A stretch of 64,000 bases of DNA from Octopus sinensis (lineage: Eukaryota), in assembly GCF_006345805.1 (NCBI RefSeq), contig NC_043005.1:72230001-72294000 (forward strand). Direction: 5' to 3'. The position numbers were made by a program, and so were the translations under genes. Of this stretch, positions 41,301 through 54,746 are shown one piece after another. How positions within the stretch are numbered: position 1 is the first letter of the stretch; each line of letters opens with the position of its first letter. Under the pieces are notes generated by a model that had not been told where the DNA came from, made no database searches, and saw only the letters and a program-made list of their open reading frames with translations.

Positions 41301-41929
41301 TATAAACTGATATTTATAACCTGGCAAGTTTTATGCTTATGTTTTCAGCTCTTTGAGTAGAAGAAAACAAGGTTTTCATTCTCTATAACGTTCCTACACT
41401 AATTAACTCTGTATTCGAAGAATTCTGATAATCAAATGTCAGTTTCTTTAGAATTAAAAAATCTGATATGTGATACAGTCTCTCAGCTGCAACATATTCT
41501 TCAATTATTCACGAATGCACACCATAATAATCCAAGTCCCTGAAGTTTAATTAAGCTATTCATCAATAGTTTTTATTCATATTCTGTTGCAAAATAACAT
41601 CTAAATCCATGCAATGTTATTCATATATTAAGGGTAGAGAATTTGCAGCATCATTAAACCATCATCCAAAATACCTTGTGGTGTTAAAATCCTGCTCATG
41701 TTGACTTTACCATTCACTCTTCTGTTAAGAAAAGTACTTGTTAAATATTGGATGGTGGGGGTGTGATAGTATTACCTTTACCATCCTGCCAAACCCCTCT
41801 AATAACAAAAGAAGAGACATGGATTAGTGGTCAGGGTGTTGCACTCTTAAAAGCAAGGTCATGGTTTTTATATCCTTCTATGCAGATGTCATGAAGTGGG
41901 GATAGACACAACTGTCTTCACACAAGGTA

Positions 41930-42745
41930 CTTCAAATTACTTCACTAAACATGATACTCCAATAAATACAAACTCCTAATGATCTCAATGGCTTTCTACA
42001 ATTTCCCCGTCTCAACCAATATGCTACTCTTTATAAGAGTTCAGCTAGTCTATTCTTCTAATCCCACAGGTGTGTCAATGACTTTTGTCACAATATCTCC
42101 CTCTTTGAGATTTACTTCCTAGGAAAGTTTAATATTTCTTTCGTTTAGGCATGACTTCCAACCATTCTGTTTGTTTCCTCTTTCTTGTGCTGCTATGCCT
42201 AGGGTTAAATTCTTGTGACGTTGGAACATCAAAGGTATTGTAGAGCACTTCCATGGGTATCTCTTCTCTTTTTTCTGTATATTTATTTTTTAGCTGGTTT
42301 AAATGTCTTTTGTGTTCCCAATTTTCACCTCTTTTGCCTATTCATTTTTTTACTACCCCATCTTCCTAACCGTCTCTTCACTTTTATGTATTTTGAAAAA
42401 TACCTTGACAACCAATATTAGAATATTTTGTCATATTTTTAGTGTTTTCTTACTAGTAACAGCTTGTCAAAAATTGACTTTATTTTTTGAGCAAGCATTA
42501 GTTCTGCAGGCGACGTGCCTGAACAAGTGTTTGGGTTTGGTGTTATTCAATAAATCTTCAAATTACTCTACTAAACATGTTACTTCTCTTAATACAAACT
42601 CTCAACGATTTCAACAACTTCCTACAGCTTCCTTGAACTCTCTACAACTCCAACGACTTCCCCTATCTCAACCAATATGTTACTCTTTATAAGAGTTTTA
42701 GTTCATTCTTCCAATCCCACAGGGGTGTCAATGACTCTTGCCACA
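41930..42745. repeat. Diverged direct repeat pair (41930-42092 and 42556-42745), possibly LTR remnants
   Basis: Shared cttcaaattact...ctaaacatg...tctcaaccaatatg.tactctttataagagtt...aatcccacagg.gtgtcaatgact.ttg.CACA. Confidence 0.55.
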
Positions 42746-43607
42746 ACATGGTTTCAAGTCACAAACAAGGCAGTGCATTGTGTTCTTGTGCAAAATATTT
42801 CATTTCACATTGCTCCAGTCCACTCAACTGTAAATGTGTAAACGTGTGATAGACTGGTTCCTATTCAGAGGAAATATTGTGATATTGGTTACTTTTATGC
42901 CATGGAAACTGTGCAACCAGCCCTATGGGCCTGAGGACTGGTGACAGTAATGTCTAGGGGTTGTTGTTGATGATGATGACACTCTCCAATAATAAATGGC
43001 CTTGTGCCAATGGTAAGAATTAATTTGATTGCTACTTAGGTAATAGGCTTCGAATTTTATTAGGACAGCAAAATGGAATATTGTGATATATATATGTATA
43101 TATATATATGTATATGTATGTGTATATATATAGCCCACCAAATATCCCAATGTTCCATTTATATTATTAAAAGTTTCTCTCTCTCCAAAGATATTAATGA
43201 CTTAAGGGAAGTGAATTGGTTCCAACTGAAAATTGAAAATGACTCACAAACTTGTCTCTTTGAGAATTCACTCTTACATTAAGTTGCTTGTACAATTGCT
43301 ACTTAATGTATGTAACATTATTGAAAACTACTTCTAGTGGTTTTGAGATAGCTTATTTTCACTGACCATAAGATTTCTTTTTCTATATATATATAACAGA
43401 AATAAAATTATGTGAAAATCTCTTAGATGATCAAATTTAAAATGTTCTATTCTAAGAGTTAAAGAAATTTCAATAATGCCAGTTTGCCATCAAAATAAAA
43501 GAGCTTTGAAGAAAATAGCAAAATCAAAGGAACAAAACAAAAACAAAATTTTAAAAAAAGCAGTCAATAATGAAATAGATATAGTAAAAGATTTATTAAA
43601 ATCATTG

Positions 43608-44035
43608 CTAGGAGTGGCTGTGTGGTAAGTAGCTTGCTTACCAACCACATGGTTCTGCGTTCAGTCCCACTGCGTGGCACCTTGGGCGAGTGTCTTCTAT
43701 TATAGCCTTGGGCCAACTAAAGTCTTGTGAGTGGGTTTGGTAGGCGGAAACTGGAAGAAGCCTGTCGTATATATGTATATATATATATATATTTATATAT
43801 ATATGTGTGTGTGTGTGTGTTTGTGTGTCTGTGTTTGTCCCCCACCAACATTGCTTGACAACCGATGCTGGTGTGTTTACATCCATGTAACTTAGTGGTT
43901 CAGCAAAAGAGAATAAGTCCTTACAAAGAATAAGTCTTACAAAGAATAAGTCCTGGGGTCGATTTGCTCAACTAAAGGTGGTGCTCCAGCATAACCACAG
44001 TCAAATGGCTGATACAAGTAAAAGAGTAAAAGAGA
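43608..44035 (+). mobile_element. SINE family B with an internal duplication of tacaaagaataagtc
   Basis: Full head-to-tail copy. Confidence 0.85.
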
Positions 44036-45130
44036 CAGAGGTATGGATGTGAGGTTGAGATGTCTGCTTCCCAACCATGTGATCTCAGGTTCAAACCCAT
44101 GGAGGGGTATCTTGAGCAAGTGTCCTCTCCTATGGCCTCTGGCTGAACAAAACCAGTGGGTGGATTTGGTAGACAGACGCATGTGTGTGTATGTGTCTTA
44201 ACATTATATGCTGGTTGTAAACAAGGATCACAGTCATACAGGCAAGGTTGTTTCTTTCCAGTCTTCCTTGAAAAGTATGTTTGTCCATAGGATGATATAA
44301 TATCATCTGGAAGCCAGAGAGGGTTGGCGATAAAAGGACCATTCCACTATAAAAAAAAAATCTGTCTCAATGAATTCCATGTTACCCATGCAAGCATGGA
44401 AAGGTGGATATTAAATAATGATGATGAATGAGAGGCTCTTGATGTAATTGTCCTATCTACCAGAAATAACAGCCAATCTTTCTAAAACCACACACTGCTG
44501 TCTTGGACAAAGTAGGGACACATTGGATGATGTAGTCCTCATTACAATGTTACCTCTGCCACAAAAGATGTATGGTGATGGGTAGACTGCTTTTGATCAT
44601 ATGTCTTCTTGCTCAGAAGTGGCCAGAGGATCTAAACAAAAGCAACGACACTAACATATCTAAGATGAATTTTTTATGTTGAATGATGAATTGTGTGTTG
44701 TGTAGGAGGTGATAAAGGGTTTTGATTCCTTTGAATAAATTTTTCATTAAAACCTTTGATTTAGGTTAAGTTCACACAGTATGGCACATTGGAGATGCTA
44801 TAGGCAGGGATTGACCAATGCCTCATGAGTAAATTTGGTGGTTGGAAACTGTGGATAGCCTGTCATGTGTGTGTGTGTGTGTGTGTATGAGCGTGCCTTT
44901 GTGTCTGTGTTTGTCTCCCACCACCATTTGACAACCAGTGTTGGTGTGTTTATGTCCCTGGAACACAGCAGTTCAGTAACAGGGACCAGTTAAATAAGTA
45001 CCAGGCTCAAAAACGAAATAGGCACTGGAGTCAATTCATTTGATCAAAATTCTTCAAGGTGTATCTCCGACATGGCTGAAGTCTAATCACTGAAACAAAA
45101 TAAGAAGTTTGTTTCCCAGCCACATGTTTG

Positions 45131-46020
45131 ATGATGATTTGTGCTGATATCTGCCAACTGATAATAAATCTTCATAAGTATAGTGAACTGTGAGAACCCA
45201 AGCGATGATTTGTGCTTAATATGTCCCAGCATACAGGAAAACTTGATCTCTGTTGGAATTACTCTGGTTTATAAATCTACTCACTCAGTGAACTCTGAGA
45301 AGCCAAGTGATGATTTGTGCTTACCGTAAATCCTCGAGTATAGTCTGCCCTTGAGTATAATATGCAGGGAATTTTTAGGGGGCTGTACCTCTGAAAAACC
45401 TAAACCTTGTGTATAATACGTACCCCTTCTCTAACTTGAGTCAAGGAGGTCTATATAACGTCCTTGGTTTGTAAAAATGTATATGGTAACGCCCTTTATT
45501 ATTATTGTATATATAACATAATGCAAACGTGTAGCTTTTTTGTGCATTTTGTTTGCAGAAAATAAAGAAATAACAGTAATAACGTTTAATAAATGTTGCT
45601 TATTGCAAGTTATGGATGATTCTTTTATGACTTCATTGCTTTCAGGCTTACCTTAAGGTATTTTTGTACCCGACATTACAAAATGCGTCTGAATAAACAT
45701 TGCCAGACAGCAAATAGAGACTCAGACATTGCTTAGAAAATAATTTTCACTTTTAACCTTGTATATAGTATGCACTAGGGATTTTGACCTTTAAATTTTG
45801 GGAAAAAAATGTGGAATATACTCGAGAATTTATGGTAAATGTTCCAGCTTTCAGGAATACTTGATCATTTTCAGAATTATTTTGGTTTATAAGTATACTC
45901 ACCCAGTGAACAATGAATGGTGTGAATCCAAATGATGATTTGCGTTTAATATATCTTAGTATACAGAATTACTTGATCTTTATTGGAATTACTTTGGTAT
46001 ATAAATCTGCTCACTGAGAA
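45131..46020 (+). repeat. Degenerate tandem repeat of about 105 bp (about 4 units), interrupted by a MITE
   Basis: Units start gatgatttg(t/c)g at about 45133, 45204, 45309 and 45934 and share cttgatc...gaatta.t.tggt.tataa.t.t.ctcac. Confidence 0.75.
45322..45837. mobile_element. Tc1/pogo-type MITE
   Basis: 21-bp TIR including the TA TSD: taccgtaaatcctcgagtata versus the reverse complement of tatactcgagaatttatggta (2 mismatches). Confidence 0.85.
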
Positions 46021-47299
46021 CAGACCAAGGGTTAAACAGTAATAGCGGTATAACTGTGTTATAAGTTCTAAAATATATCATTTGACATTTGCCACCAATT
46101 TTCTTTCTTTTTTTTTCTTTTTTTTGTTTTGGTTTTTATTCTCAATGTTGAGGAAGGATGTTTCTGCAATATAAAAAGCAAAATAAAACAAAATGTAACA
46201 AAATAAAAAAAAAAAACATGTCAGCTGTTCTAGTATAAAGCAGCCAATTCTATTAGTTAAATGGGTATCTATAGGAGAACCTCATAACTAAATTCCAGTC
46301 AGCTGTAACAAAAAGTGACTAGATTCTTGTCAGGTGCTGCAGTAATGTGAATTTGGGAGAGGGATTTACAGCCAAATTTCTTTGGATATTTTGCTATTTT
46401 TAAAAAACACAGTTGCTTATTGCTGGCTCTGTGGTTGTTATTGAATTCTTAAAATTTCTGTCATGGAAATGCAGGAGTTTAGTCCTCACTTTAATTGACT
46501 GTTTTCTTTTATTTTTTGTTGTCGTTGTTGTTTTTTTTTTTGTCCTTCTTTTACATTATATTTGTTTCTTATTTATGTTTTGTTTATTTATTTTACTTTT
46601 GGTAACCCAACAGGTATCAAATTTTATCAAATTTACTTTCTGATAATGAAAAAATTGAACTTGTGCATCCCAAAGGCATAAGAAAATGAGTGCTTATTTA
46701 ATAAAGAAAATGTTCCAGTATTCATGTTTTGCAAAACCACCACTTTGAATTTCCAAAATTCTTAGAGCAGAAAACTAATCAAAAAACTTTTCTAATTTCC
46801 TTTCTGAAACTCCATATGAAAATTATTTCTTTAGGGAGAGACTAACAGAAGCCACTTACTTCTTATCTTATTTTCATCTCACAAAAGCCATATTTTATGC
46901 CTTGTAATCATTTTTTGAATATGTTGTTTGGTCTATGCTGATACCATGTAAGATACCTTGTAAAGTTTGTCATTCACCAGCATAAAGCAATGCAGAGAAA
47001 GGGAAATAGATTCAGAGTCTGTGTGAAGAGACTGGAACCGCCAAATTACTTTCTTTACATGTAGATCACAAGTAGCTAATAATCACTGTACGAATTCAAA
47101 ATGAAAATCACAGCTTGGAACTTCTCTCTTTCACTTGAGTTCACAACTAGCTCAACTTTATGGGCTATTACACTTTGTTCCTAATTTATTTGTTGATACC
47201 CTTGTTTTTTTTTTATATAAGTTTATAAAGGAACAGAAGTCTCAGATTATAAGAAAGCATTGGGTATAGATATTGCAATTAATAATTCTATGAGGAGCA

Positions 47300-47600
47300 G
47301 TGGGGGTATGTGGCCTAGTGGTTAGAGCAGCGGACTCGCGGTCGAGGGATTGCGGGTTCGAATCTCGGACCGGGCAATGTGTGTGTTTATGAGCAAAACA
47401 CCTAAGCTCCACGCGGCTCCGGCAGAAGGTAATGGCGAACTTCTGCTGACTCTTTTGCTACAACTTTCTCTCACTCTTTCCTCTTGCAGCTCACCTGCGA
47501 TGGACCGGTGTCCCATCCAGGTGGGGAACCTATATGCCAAGGAAACCGGGAAACTGGCCCTTATGAGCCAGTCATGGCCCGAGAAGGAGAAGGAAAATGA
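47300..47600 (+). mobile_element. SINE family C
   Basis: tggcctagtggttagagc...gggttcgaatctc head; gcgatggaccgg core. Confidence 0.85.
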
Positions 47601-49889
47601 GGAGCAGTAGAAAGTTCCTGATGGCCTAAATTTCTGCAGCTCAGATTTTCGGTTGTGATCATTCATTTCAGTTCTACAGTAAATGCCTGTTAGAAGAGGA
47701 CATAAGCATTACAGGATTTTGCTTCCTTTCCTTCATAGATCTCCTGTTTATATATAAACAAATGCGTTTGAAGATTTAAAGTTAATATTTGCTCAGCTAC
47801 ATCAACAAAAATATAGCTTCAGACAAATGCAAGTTTAAGGATAAAAAGACAGGTTTGTGTTTCTGAAACAAACAATTGTAGCTGCATTTTTTTTCAGTTC
47901 TGCAAAGCGAATATATATCCTGACCCATTAGCTCTCTTGTAATGCATCATTTCTGTCATTTGTGTGCAATAGCTTAAGTATATCTCAAGTGGGAAGGTTA
48001 TATTAAATTCCCGTTTTCATACTGACTGCTGCATGAAATCACTGTGTGTCAAAATAAAAATTGACAACTATGCATCTTATTCCAGCTACTTGTATGCTAC
48101 ACTAACCATATTTCTAGTTCTATAAATGCATATAATAATATAAACGATAATAATGTTTCTTTATTTTGCCTTTAAGTTTTTGAACAGAAAATATCCATCT
48201 AGAAATTTATGAATCAAAGTTTTTCTTTACTTTAAATATATTTTATATAAACATTCATCTGTAATTGCTGAGGTGATAAAGTTGGATGGTTCTGACTACC
48301 CTTCATATGACATAATCTGTAAAGCATCGTTTCGAAATTGTTACTATCTTGCCACAATTGCTATATATCATAATAGATCATGGCATTTCAGCAATATCCA
48401 GCTTAATTCTTACTTAAGCTGTAAGGGAATTAGAAAATTCCAATTCCTATCAAATATTGCATAGCTATATTTTACTTTTTCATAACTTCCAATGACCACT
48501 CTCACAAAACTTACAGTGACCACTCAGTCCATTATCAAATAGGTGGCTTCCATCTGTAAGAAATCAGATGGACTTAATGTGCTTCTCTGCAAGATTTTGA
48601 TCAGAGATCTATGATATTTTTAAAGGCAGTGACAGATTTGCTTCCACTTGAATACATTGATCGCTCAAAGTATAACAGAAGAAATTCTGCTTGGAATTTC
48701 TCCAATACAATCATTTCCTATCGAAGGAAATATGATTAAAGATTTTAAATATTTCCTTAGTATTGGTATTGATAAATACTTTGGTCAATGCAGATTCACT
48801 TTACCGTAAATTGAGCACACTCTGAAAATTTATGATTGCACCAAAAGAAAATGGATTGCATATGGACTTAAGTAGATTGATTTTATAATTTGGAATGGGA
48901 GATTTAGATGCTTCCTATGAAAGGCTTTTGATTTCAGATACAACCAAAAGTGTGATTTACTTGAAAAGTGTAACCATTAAATGTTAATGAAATATTACTT
49001 CGGTATTCATCTAAAGAAATGAGGATGGAGGAGTGGAGTAAAACAATGTTTCAAATATAATTTTATCTTTATTGGTTAACGTGTGGCATGTAGAGTTGAA
49101 ATAGCCATATAGGGAAGATATTAAATTACTAACTCTAATTATGTGAGATCATTTTCACTGAAATTATTTCACTGTACCTGTGGGTAAAATGCATCATCAT
49201 ATGAGATGCATTTCCTGTAATGTTAAGGAATAATTACCATGGATTTCTAGGAAATTAATTGGGTTTGCAAAAATGTTATATCCATCCAAGTGGTTATTTA
49301 ACTTTTATCCATCTAATACTACTGAAGTGATAATTTACAATTGAAAATAAAAATTTTTATCCAACAAACTTCATATCATAAATGCCTCTTCTCTCTCCCT
49401 CCCTCACTATATCAAACATAAGTAAATTTATATACTTTTATTCTTTTACTGGCTTCAGTAATTGCGTTGCGACTTTAGTGGGAGATCAACTTCAAAGGAT
49501 GTAGTTGATTATATCAACCTTATATTAGGATTAGCAATTAATGACATTTGTGGATCAATTAAGAAAGGCACAGTCGATGAGGCATGAAGAAAGTAACTCA
49601 GATAAAATACAAATGGTATTTTTTGCACTATAAACTGATTCTGTCATCCAACGTATTGCATATATATAGATGTGTGGTTAAGTAGTTCCTTTCACAACCA
49701 CGAGGTTTCAGGTTCATCCCTACTGTGTGGCAATTTTGAAAAGTGTCTTCTACTATGACCTGTAGCAGATTTCATAGATGGACACAGTAAGACTGATCCT
49801 AACTTCTGATGAAATGGACATGTCTTGTGTGCCCATAAAGTTTTAAGTCACATGAAGCTGATTTAAACTGTTATAACACACATATACAT

Positions 49890-50680
49890 TTTCTTTTACT
49901 TGTTCCAGTCATATGACTGGCCATGCTGGAGCACTGCCTTCAGTCGAATAAATCAACCCCAAGACTTATTCTTTGTAAGCCTAGTACTTATTCTATCAGT
50001 TTCTTTTGCCAAACTGGTAAGTTATGTGGGACAAACACAGACACACAAATACACACACACACACACACATGATGGGCTATTTTCAGTTTCTGTCTACAAA
50101 ATCCACTCACAAGGCTTTGCTTGGCCTGAGTGTGGCCATGCTGGGGCACAGCCTTGAAGAATTTTAGTTAAATGAATCAACCTCAGTACTTTGTTTTTAA
50201 GTTCTGGTAATTATTCTATCAGTCACTTTTACTGAACCACTAGGTTACAGAGATGTAAAAAAAACCATGGGTGGCAAACAAAGACACACACACACACACA
50301 CACACACATTCTTATATTCTTTTATTCTTTAACTTGGTCCATCATTTTACTGTGGCAATGCTAGAACACTGCTTTAAAGGGTTTTTAGTCATAGAAATTG
50401 ATCCCAGGACTTATTTTTTGTAAGCCTAGTATGTATTCTATCAATCTCTTTTGCTGAACCACTAAGCTATGGGGATGTAAACAGACCAACATCAGTTGTC
50501 AAGTGATGATGGGGGACAAACACAGACACATACGCACGCACGCACACACACACACACACATATACGACAGGCTTCCAATCCACTCACAAAGCTTTGGTTG
50601 ACCCAAGGTTCCACAAAGTTGTACTGAACCTGGAACCACGTGGTTGGGAAGCAAGCTTCTTACCACACAGCCTCATATAT
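49890..50680 (-). mobile_element. Cluster of partial and rearranged SINE B copies
   Basis: At least two overlapping reverse-complement family B segments. Confidence 0.7.
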
Positions 50681-51154
50681 GTATATATATATATACACAC
50701 ACACACTTACAAACACTCAATTTGTATATAAGTGTGTATATGTATACATATATATGCATATCTATTTGTCCTTCAATATATATGTACTCATACACACACA
50801 CATAGATATAGCCAAAATGCCTCAGCACATTTTGTCTCCCATACACACACACATACAGAAACACACACACATGCTTGAAATATTCAAATATGATTTTCAA
50901 GAATATATATTAGTTATAAAGTTATAAAATATTTTCATTTCATTTTACAATTGATGAAACACTACATACTATATTAATTAGTTTTTTGACAAGAAACTGC
51001 AAATGTATCTTTGGAGAATTTTCACTATTTCATTAAACTGGAAACTAATCTCAGAACATTCAAAGAATTGCACCAAGAAACAGAGTTGTGAGCATTTTTC
51101 TCAAAGCAAGTTTTATTTATTTTTGATAATTTAAAATCAGTTGAGAAATACCCG

Positions 51155-51698
51155 TACTGTAACACCTCACTTTACGAGACCCCCAGCTTTACAAGTTTTC
51201 TTTTTCAAGCACAAGACCCAAATTTTGAAGGAAGTGCTAAAGTTTCTACTACCATAACGGTTTGTGTGTGTTGCCGAGAAATTTATAGAGAGCGAAAAAT
51301 AGCTTCTTCAAGCAAACTAACTCTAGACGTGGTTTTTAAAAAGAATTCTATGTGTCTGTCTGCGAGTGCTTGTGAATCAGTGATCACAAGTCTAATGTGA
51401 ATGAAAGGGATTCAGAAAATTATTATTATAATTTTATTATAATTCATTACAATTTATTATAATTTTATTATAAATGATCTTGACATCATTTTTGCATTAC
51501 ATGAAGTATTCTTTACATTCTACTGTTGCCTTATTGTTATTTATTTATAAGTATTATAAATTTGATGGGAAAAATACATTTCTGGGAGTGAATCACAATT
51601 TATAACATTGCTACTATGGGAAATTATTGCTTAATGTGTTTTTGTTGAATGAACGATCTCTGGAAGCAAATGAGCTTGTATATTGAGGCATTACAGTA
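51155..51698. mobile_element. Tigger/pogo-like MITE
   Basis: Imperfect TIRs tactgtaacacctcactttacgag / cttgtatattgaggcattacagta with TA ends. Confidence 0.7.
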
Positions 51699-52132
51699 TA
51701 TCACTTTTGTCATTTATTATTTTTTCCTTATGTGTGTGTTATAGGAAATGGGAGTGAAGCAGAGCAGTTATGTGTTCCATTGTTTATATATGTATACACA
51801 AACATCATCATTGCCACAATTTTAATGTTTGCTTTTCCATGCTTGCATGAGACAGACGGAATTTGTTGAGGCAGGATTTTTATTGCTAGGTGCTCTTCCT
51901 GCTGCCAACCTTCACATACTTCTCCATGGCCTGATATGTTTTCAAAGAAGATTGAAAGTGAACAACACCACTTGTATGATAGCAATTCCCATTTTAAACT
52001 ATTGCCTGATATAAAAACACAGAGACATAAGCATACATACACTCAGCCTATCTTTCCCATTACCCCTTAATGGATGTGTTCCAACATTTACTTCCATACT
52101 CCCTTGTAAAAATATACACAAAATAATCATTA

Positions 52133-52435
52133 TGGAGGCGCAGTGGCCCAGTGGTTAAGGCAGTGGACTCGTGGTTGGAGGATCGCGGTTTCAATTCCCA
52201 GACTAGGTGTTGTGTGTTTATTGAGCGAAAACACCTAAAAGCTCCACGAGGCTCTGGTAGTGGGTGGTGGCCACCCCTGTTGTACACTTTCACCCCAACT
52301 TTCTCTCACTCTCCCTTCCTGTTTCTTGAGTAATGCTGCAATGGACTGGTGTCTCGTCCAGCTGGGGAGAACACATACGCCAGAGAAACCAAGAAACTGG
52401 GCCCATGAACCTGGCTAGGCTTGGAAAGAGAACAT
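52133..52435 (+). mobile_element. SINE family C
   Basis: Homologous to 7721-8022. Confidence 0.85.
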
Positions 52436-53571
52436 AAATAAATAAAATAATCATTATAAGTAAAAACTCATGTCATTATCAAAACTCTATCTTTAAGATA
52501 GCATGTTATCTTAGCTCTGTGTCTGTTTCTCTTATTAGATATATTTAGCCAAATGAACAAGTTATTCATAATTCTAAAAGGGACCAAATTCATTTAGAAT
52601 ATACTGTATAAATATTCTTTATTTTGAATAATATTTCATATTTTATAACCCATTTTCCTACTTGAAAGTAGTTAATCAGAGATGTGAGTATATAGGTACA
52701 ATTTCATTGTTTAAATATTTAGAGAGAAGTAAGAAATATTAAGCAGAAACAATAGGCAAGACAGTTGCTGGAATGGGAAAAGAGTCATAGATAAATCTAT
52801 AAAGGAGGAGAAAGCTTTCATTACAGGAACAATGTAAGCAAGAGAATGTAAAATAAATGAAAATAGCATTAATAGAGAAACAGGGCGGAAGGGAAGAAAT
52901 CACAACGCAGCAGATGTTATCAAGATCTCTTTAAATATTTGGCAACTATAGTAGAGTTAAACCAGTAAAATTAATTTGAAATTTAAATTAATCAATGCAA
53001 TTTGTAGCTAAGAGTCACATACAAAGGCTTTGTATAAAAGGGGATTTAAGGATAAAATCTATAGTATTAAATCAAATACAACTCAGTAAATAATAAGAAT
53101 AGAAAAAGAGACATCTGTTGGTTGTTTAGAGGTAGTTATTAATACAAGAAAAATTTTTCTTTAAGTTACTAAAATGGTATTTCTCACTGCAGTATAGATA
53201 TTGATGAATATTTAATGAAAATATTAAGATTTCCTATTTCGCTGCAGTTAATTTAACCCTAAATATAGTCCCTCCTAATCTGGTTTTGATTAAATTTGGA
53301 TAAGTTAAGTGAAACTAGGACTGTCCTTACTTTTAACTACTGCATGCACTTTGTTTCACACATCCTAACTCTAACTATTTGACGAAAGTCATTGGGTATC
53401 AAAATGATAGAAACACTACTAATACCTCTAATTAAGAACCTTCCATAAAGATTTTCTCTTTGATAAGGACGTTATTGTGTTTATGATATACAACCTGTGA
53501 ATCTCAACTTTCTGGGTGTATCTAAAGTAATCTGATTGCATACCAAGGAGATCAATATATATATATATATA

Positions 53572-53772
53572 GTTAATCCAAACATGAAAACACAGCAATG
53601 CAAGGACGTGGAACAAGTATAGTATTATTAGACGCTCAGGAAAGAAGGAAGGAGGGAGGGTTTAACGTTCTGAGCGGAGCTCTTCGTCAGAAACATGGGA
53701 AAAGGAAAGATCCAAACAAGGGAAAACGGAACAAAAAAATCGCCAACGGTACACATGCAGTCACATTTTGAA
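53572..53772 (-). mobile_element. Penelope-like family P2 copy; HHR motif at 53660-53694 with an altered GAAA
   Basis: Reverse complement reads gttt-CTGACGA-a-gagc-tcc-gctc-AGAAC-GTT-aaac; (TA)n flanks. Confidence 0.6.
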
Positions 53773-53787
53773 TATATATATATATAT

Positions 53788-53871
53788 GGGACCAGCAAAA
53801 GTTGCTTCGCCACATACCGAAATTTAGAAATAGCAGTCAAACTATGTGGTGAAGCAACTTTTGCTAATCCC
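53788..53871. repeat. 84-bp inverted repeat (29-bp arms, 26-nt loop)
   Basis: gggaccagcaaaagttgcttcgccacata / tatgtggtgaagcaacttttgctaatccc, 3 mismatches. Confidence 0.9.
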
Positions 53872-54120
53872 TTAATTATGTTTATAATTATGAAAAATAC
53901 TTTTTGTATAAGTTTTTACCGATAATGGGTTTTTTTTTTTCCATACCGAACTACTTGGTAAAATTATTAATTATTAAATTAATAATTCTTTACCCTATAT
54001 TTATAATAAATATATATAGATATAGATACAAATATAAATAATATAAAATAAATATAAGAGAGTGGTCACTATATGGCTCACTCTAGCACCAGTTAATCCA
54101 AATAAAAAATAACAAAAATA

Positions 54121-54216
54121 CAGATTATTTTGGGACAATTGTTTCGCTATTAATGAATTAAATGTAATTTTACTTACAAAAAAATCCACTTGTAGCTCGT
54201 CAGCCAAAACTATCTG
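54121..54216 (-). ncRNA. Type I hammerhead ribozyme, canonical core, GUC cleavage triplet
   Basis: Minus strand: cagatagttttgg-CTGACGA-gcta-(43 nt)-tagc-GAAAC-aatt-GTC-ccaaaataatctg. Stem I pairs at 12 of 13 positions; G10.1-C11.1 present; predicted cut between + coordinates 54134 and 54133. Confidence 0.8.
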
Positions 54217-54650
54217 GATGAAATCCACTCAATCACACGCCAATTTTACCATAACGATAATACGCGTGTGGTTCAATTGATTACATCCGACGTTATAATT
54301 CAAATGCCCCAACTAACAGCGCGCCAAACTTTCACGGAAAACAATACAGCATTTAGAAATAAATGCAGCATAATTATAATTAATTAATAAGGGTGAGAGA
54401 ATTAGATGCTAATTTAATAGTATATCTATTCAACACCAAGTGGCCTAGTGCTCCGAGAAACCTGGATTATTATAATATTATATAATATATTATAATATTT
54501 TTACAAAATAAATATAAGAGAGTGGTCACTATATGGCTCACTCTAGCACCAGTTAATCCAAAAGGTTTCAACCACAAAATACATGTTTCCCATGAAAGTC
54601 AGTACGATTGTTAGCTCACAGGACAGGGCAAATAAAAAATAACAAAAATA

Positions 54651-54746
54651 CAGATTATTTTGGGACAATTGTTTCGCTATTAATGAATTAAATGTAATTT
54701 TACTTACAAAAAAATCCACTTGTAGTTCGTCAGCCAAAACTATCTG
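54651..54746 (-). ncRNA. Type I hammerhead ribozyme, second copy (G10.1>A variant)
   Basis: Identical to 54121-54216 except CTGACGA-acta, which gives an A.C mismatch at the base of stem II. Confidence 0.7.

Noticed and set aside
47300-47375. tRNA-like heads (here and in the other SINEs) as tRNA genes
   Set aside because: They continue directly into SINE cores and tails, and I could not form a complete cloverleaf.
49800-49845. CTGATGA followed by a weak hairpin
   Set aside because: No GAAA core segment follows.
54440-54470. A-box-like tggcctagtg in the spacer between the P3 repeats
   Set aside because: No B-box at a suitable distance, and it is on the strand opposite the ribozymes.
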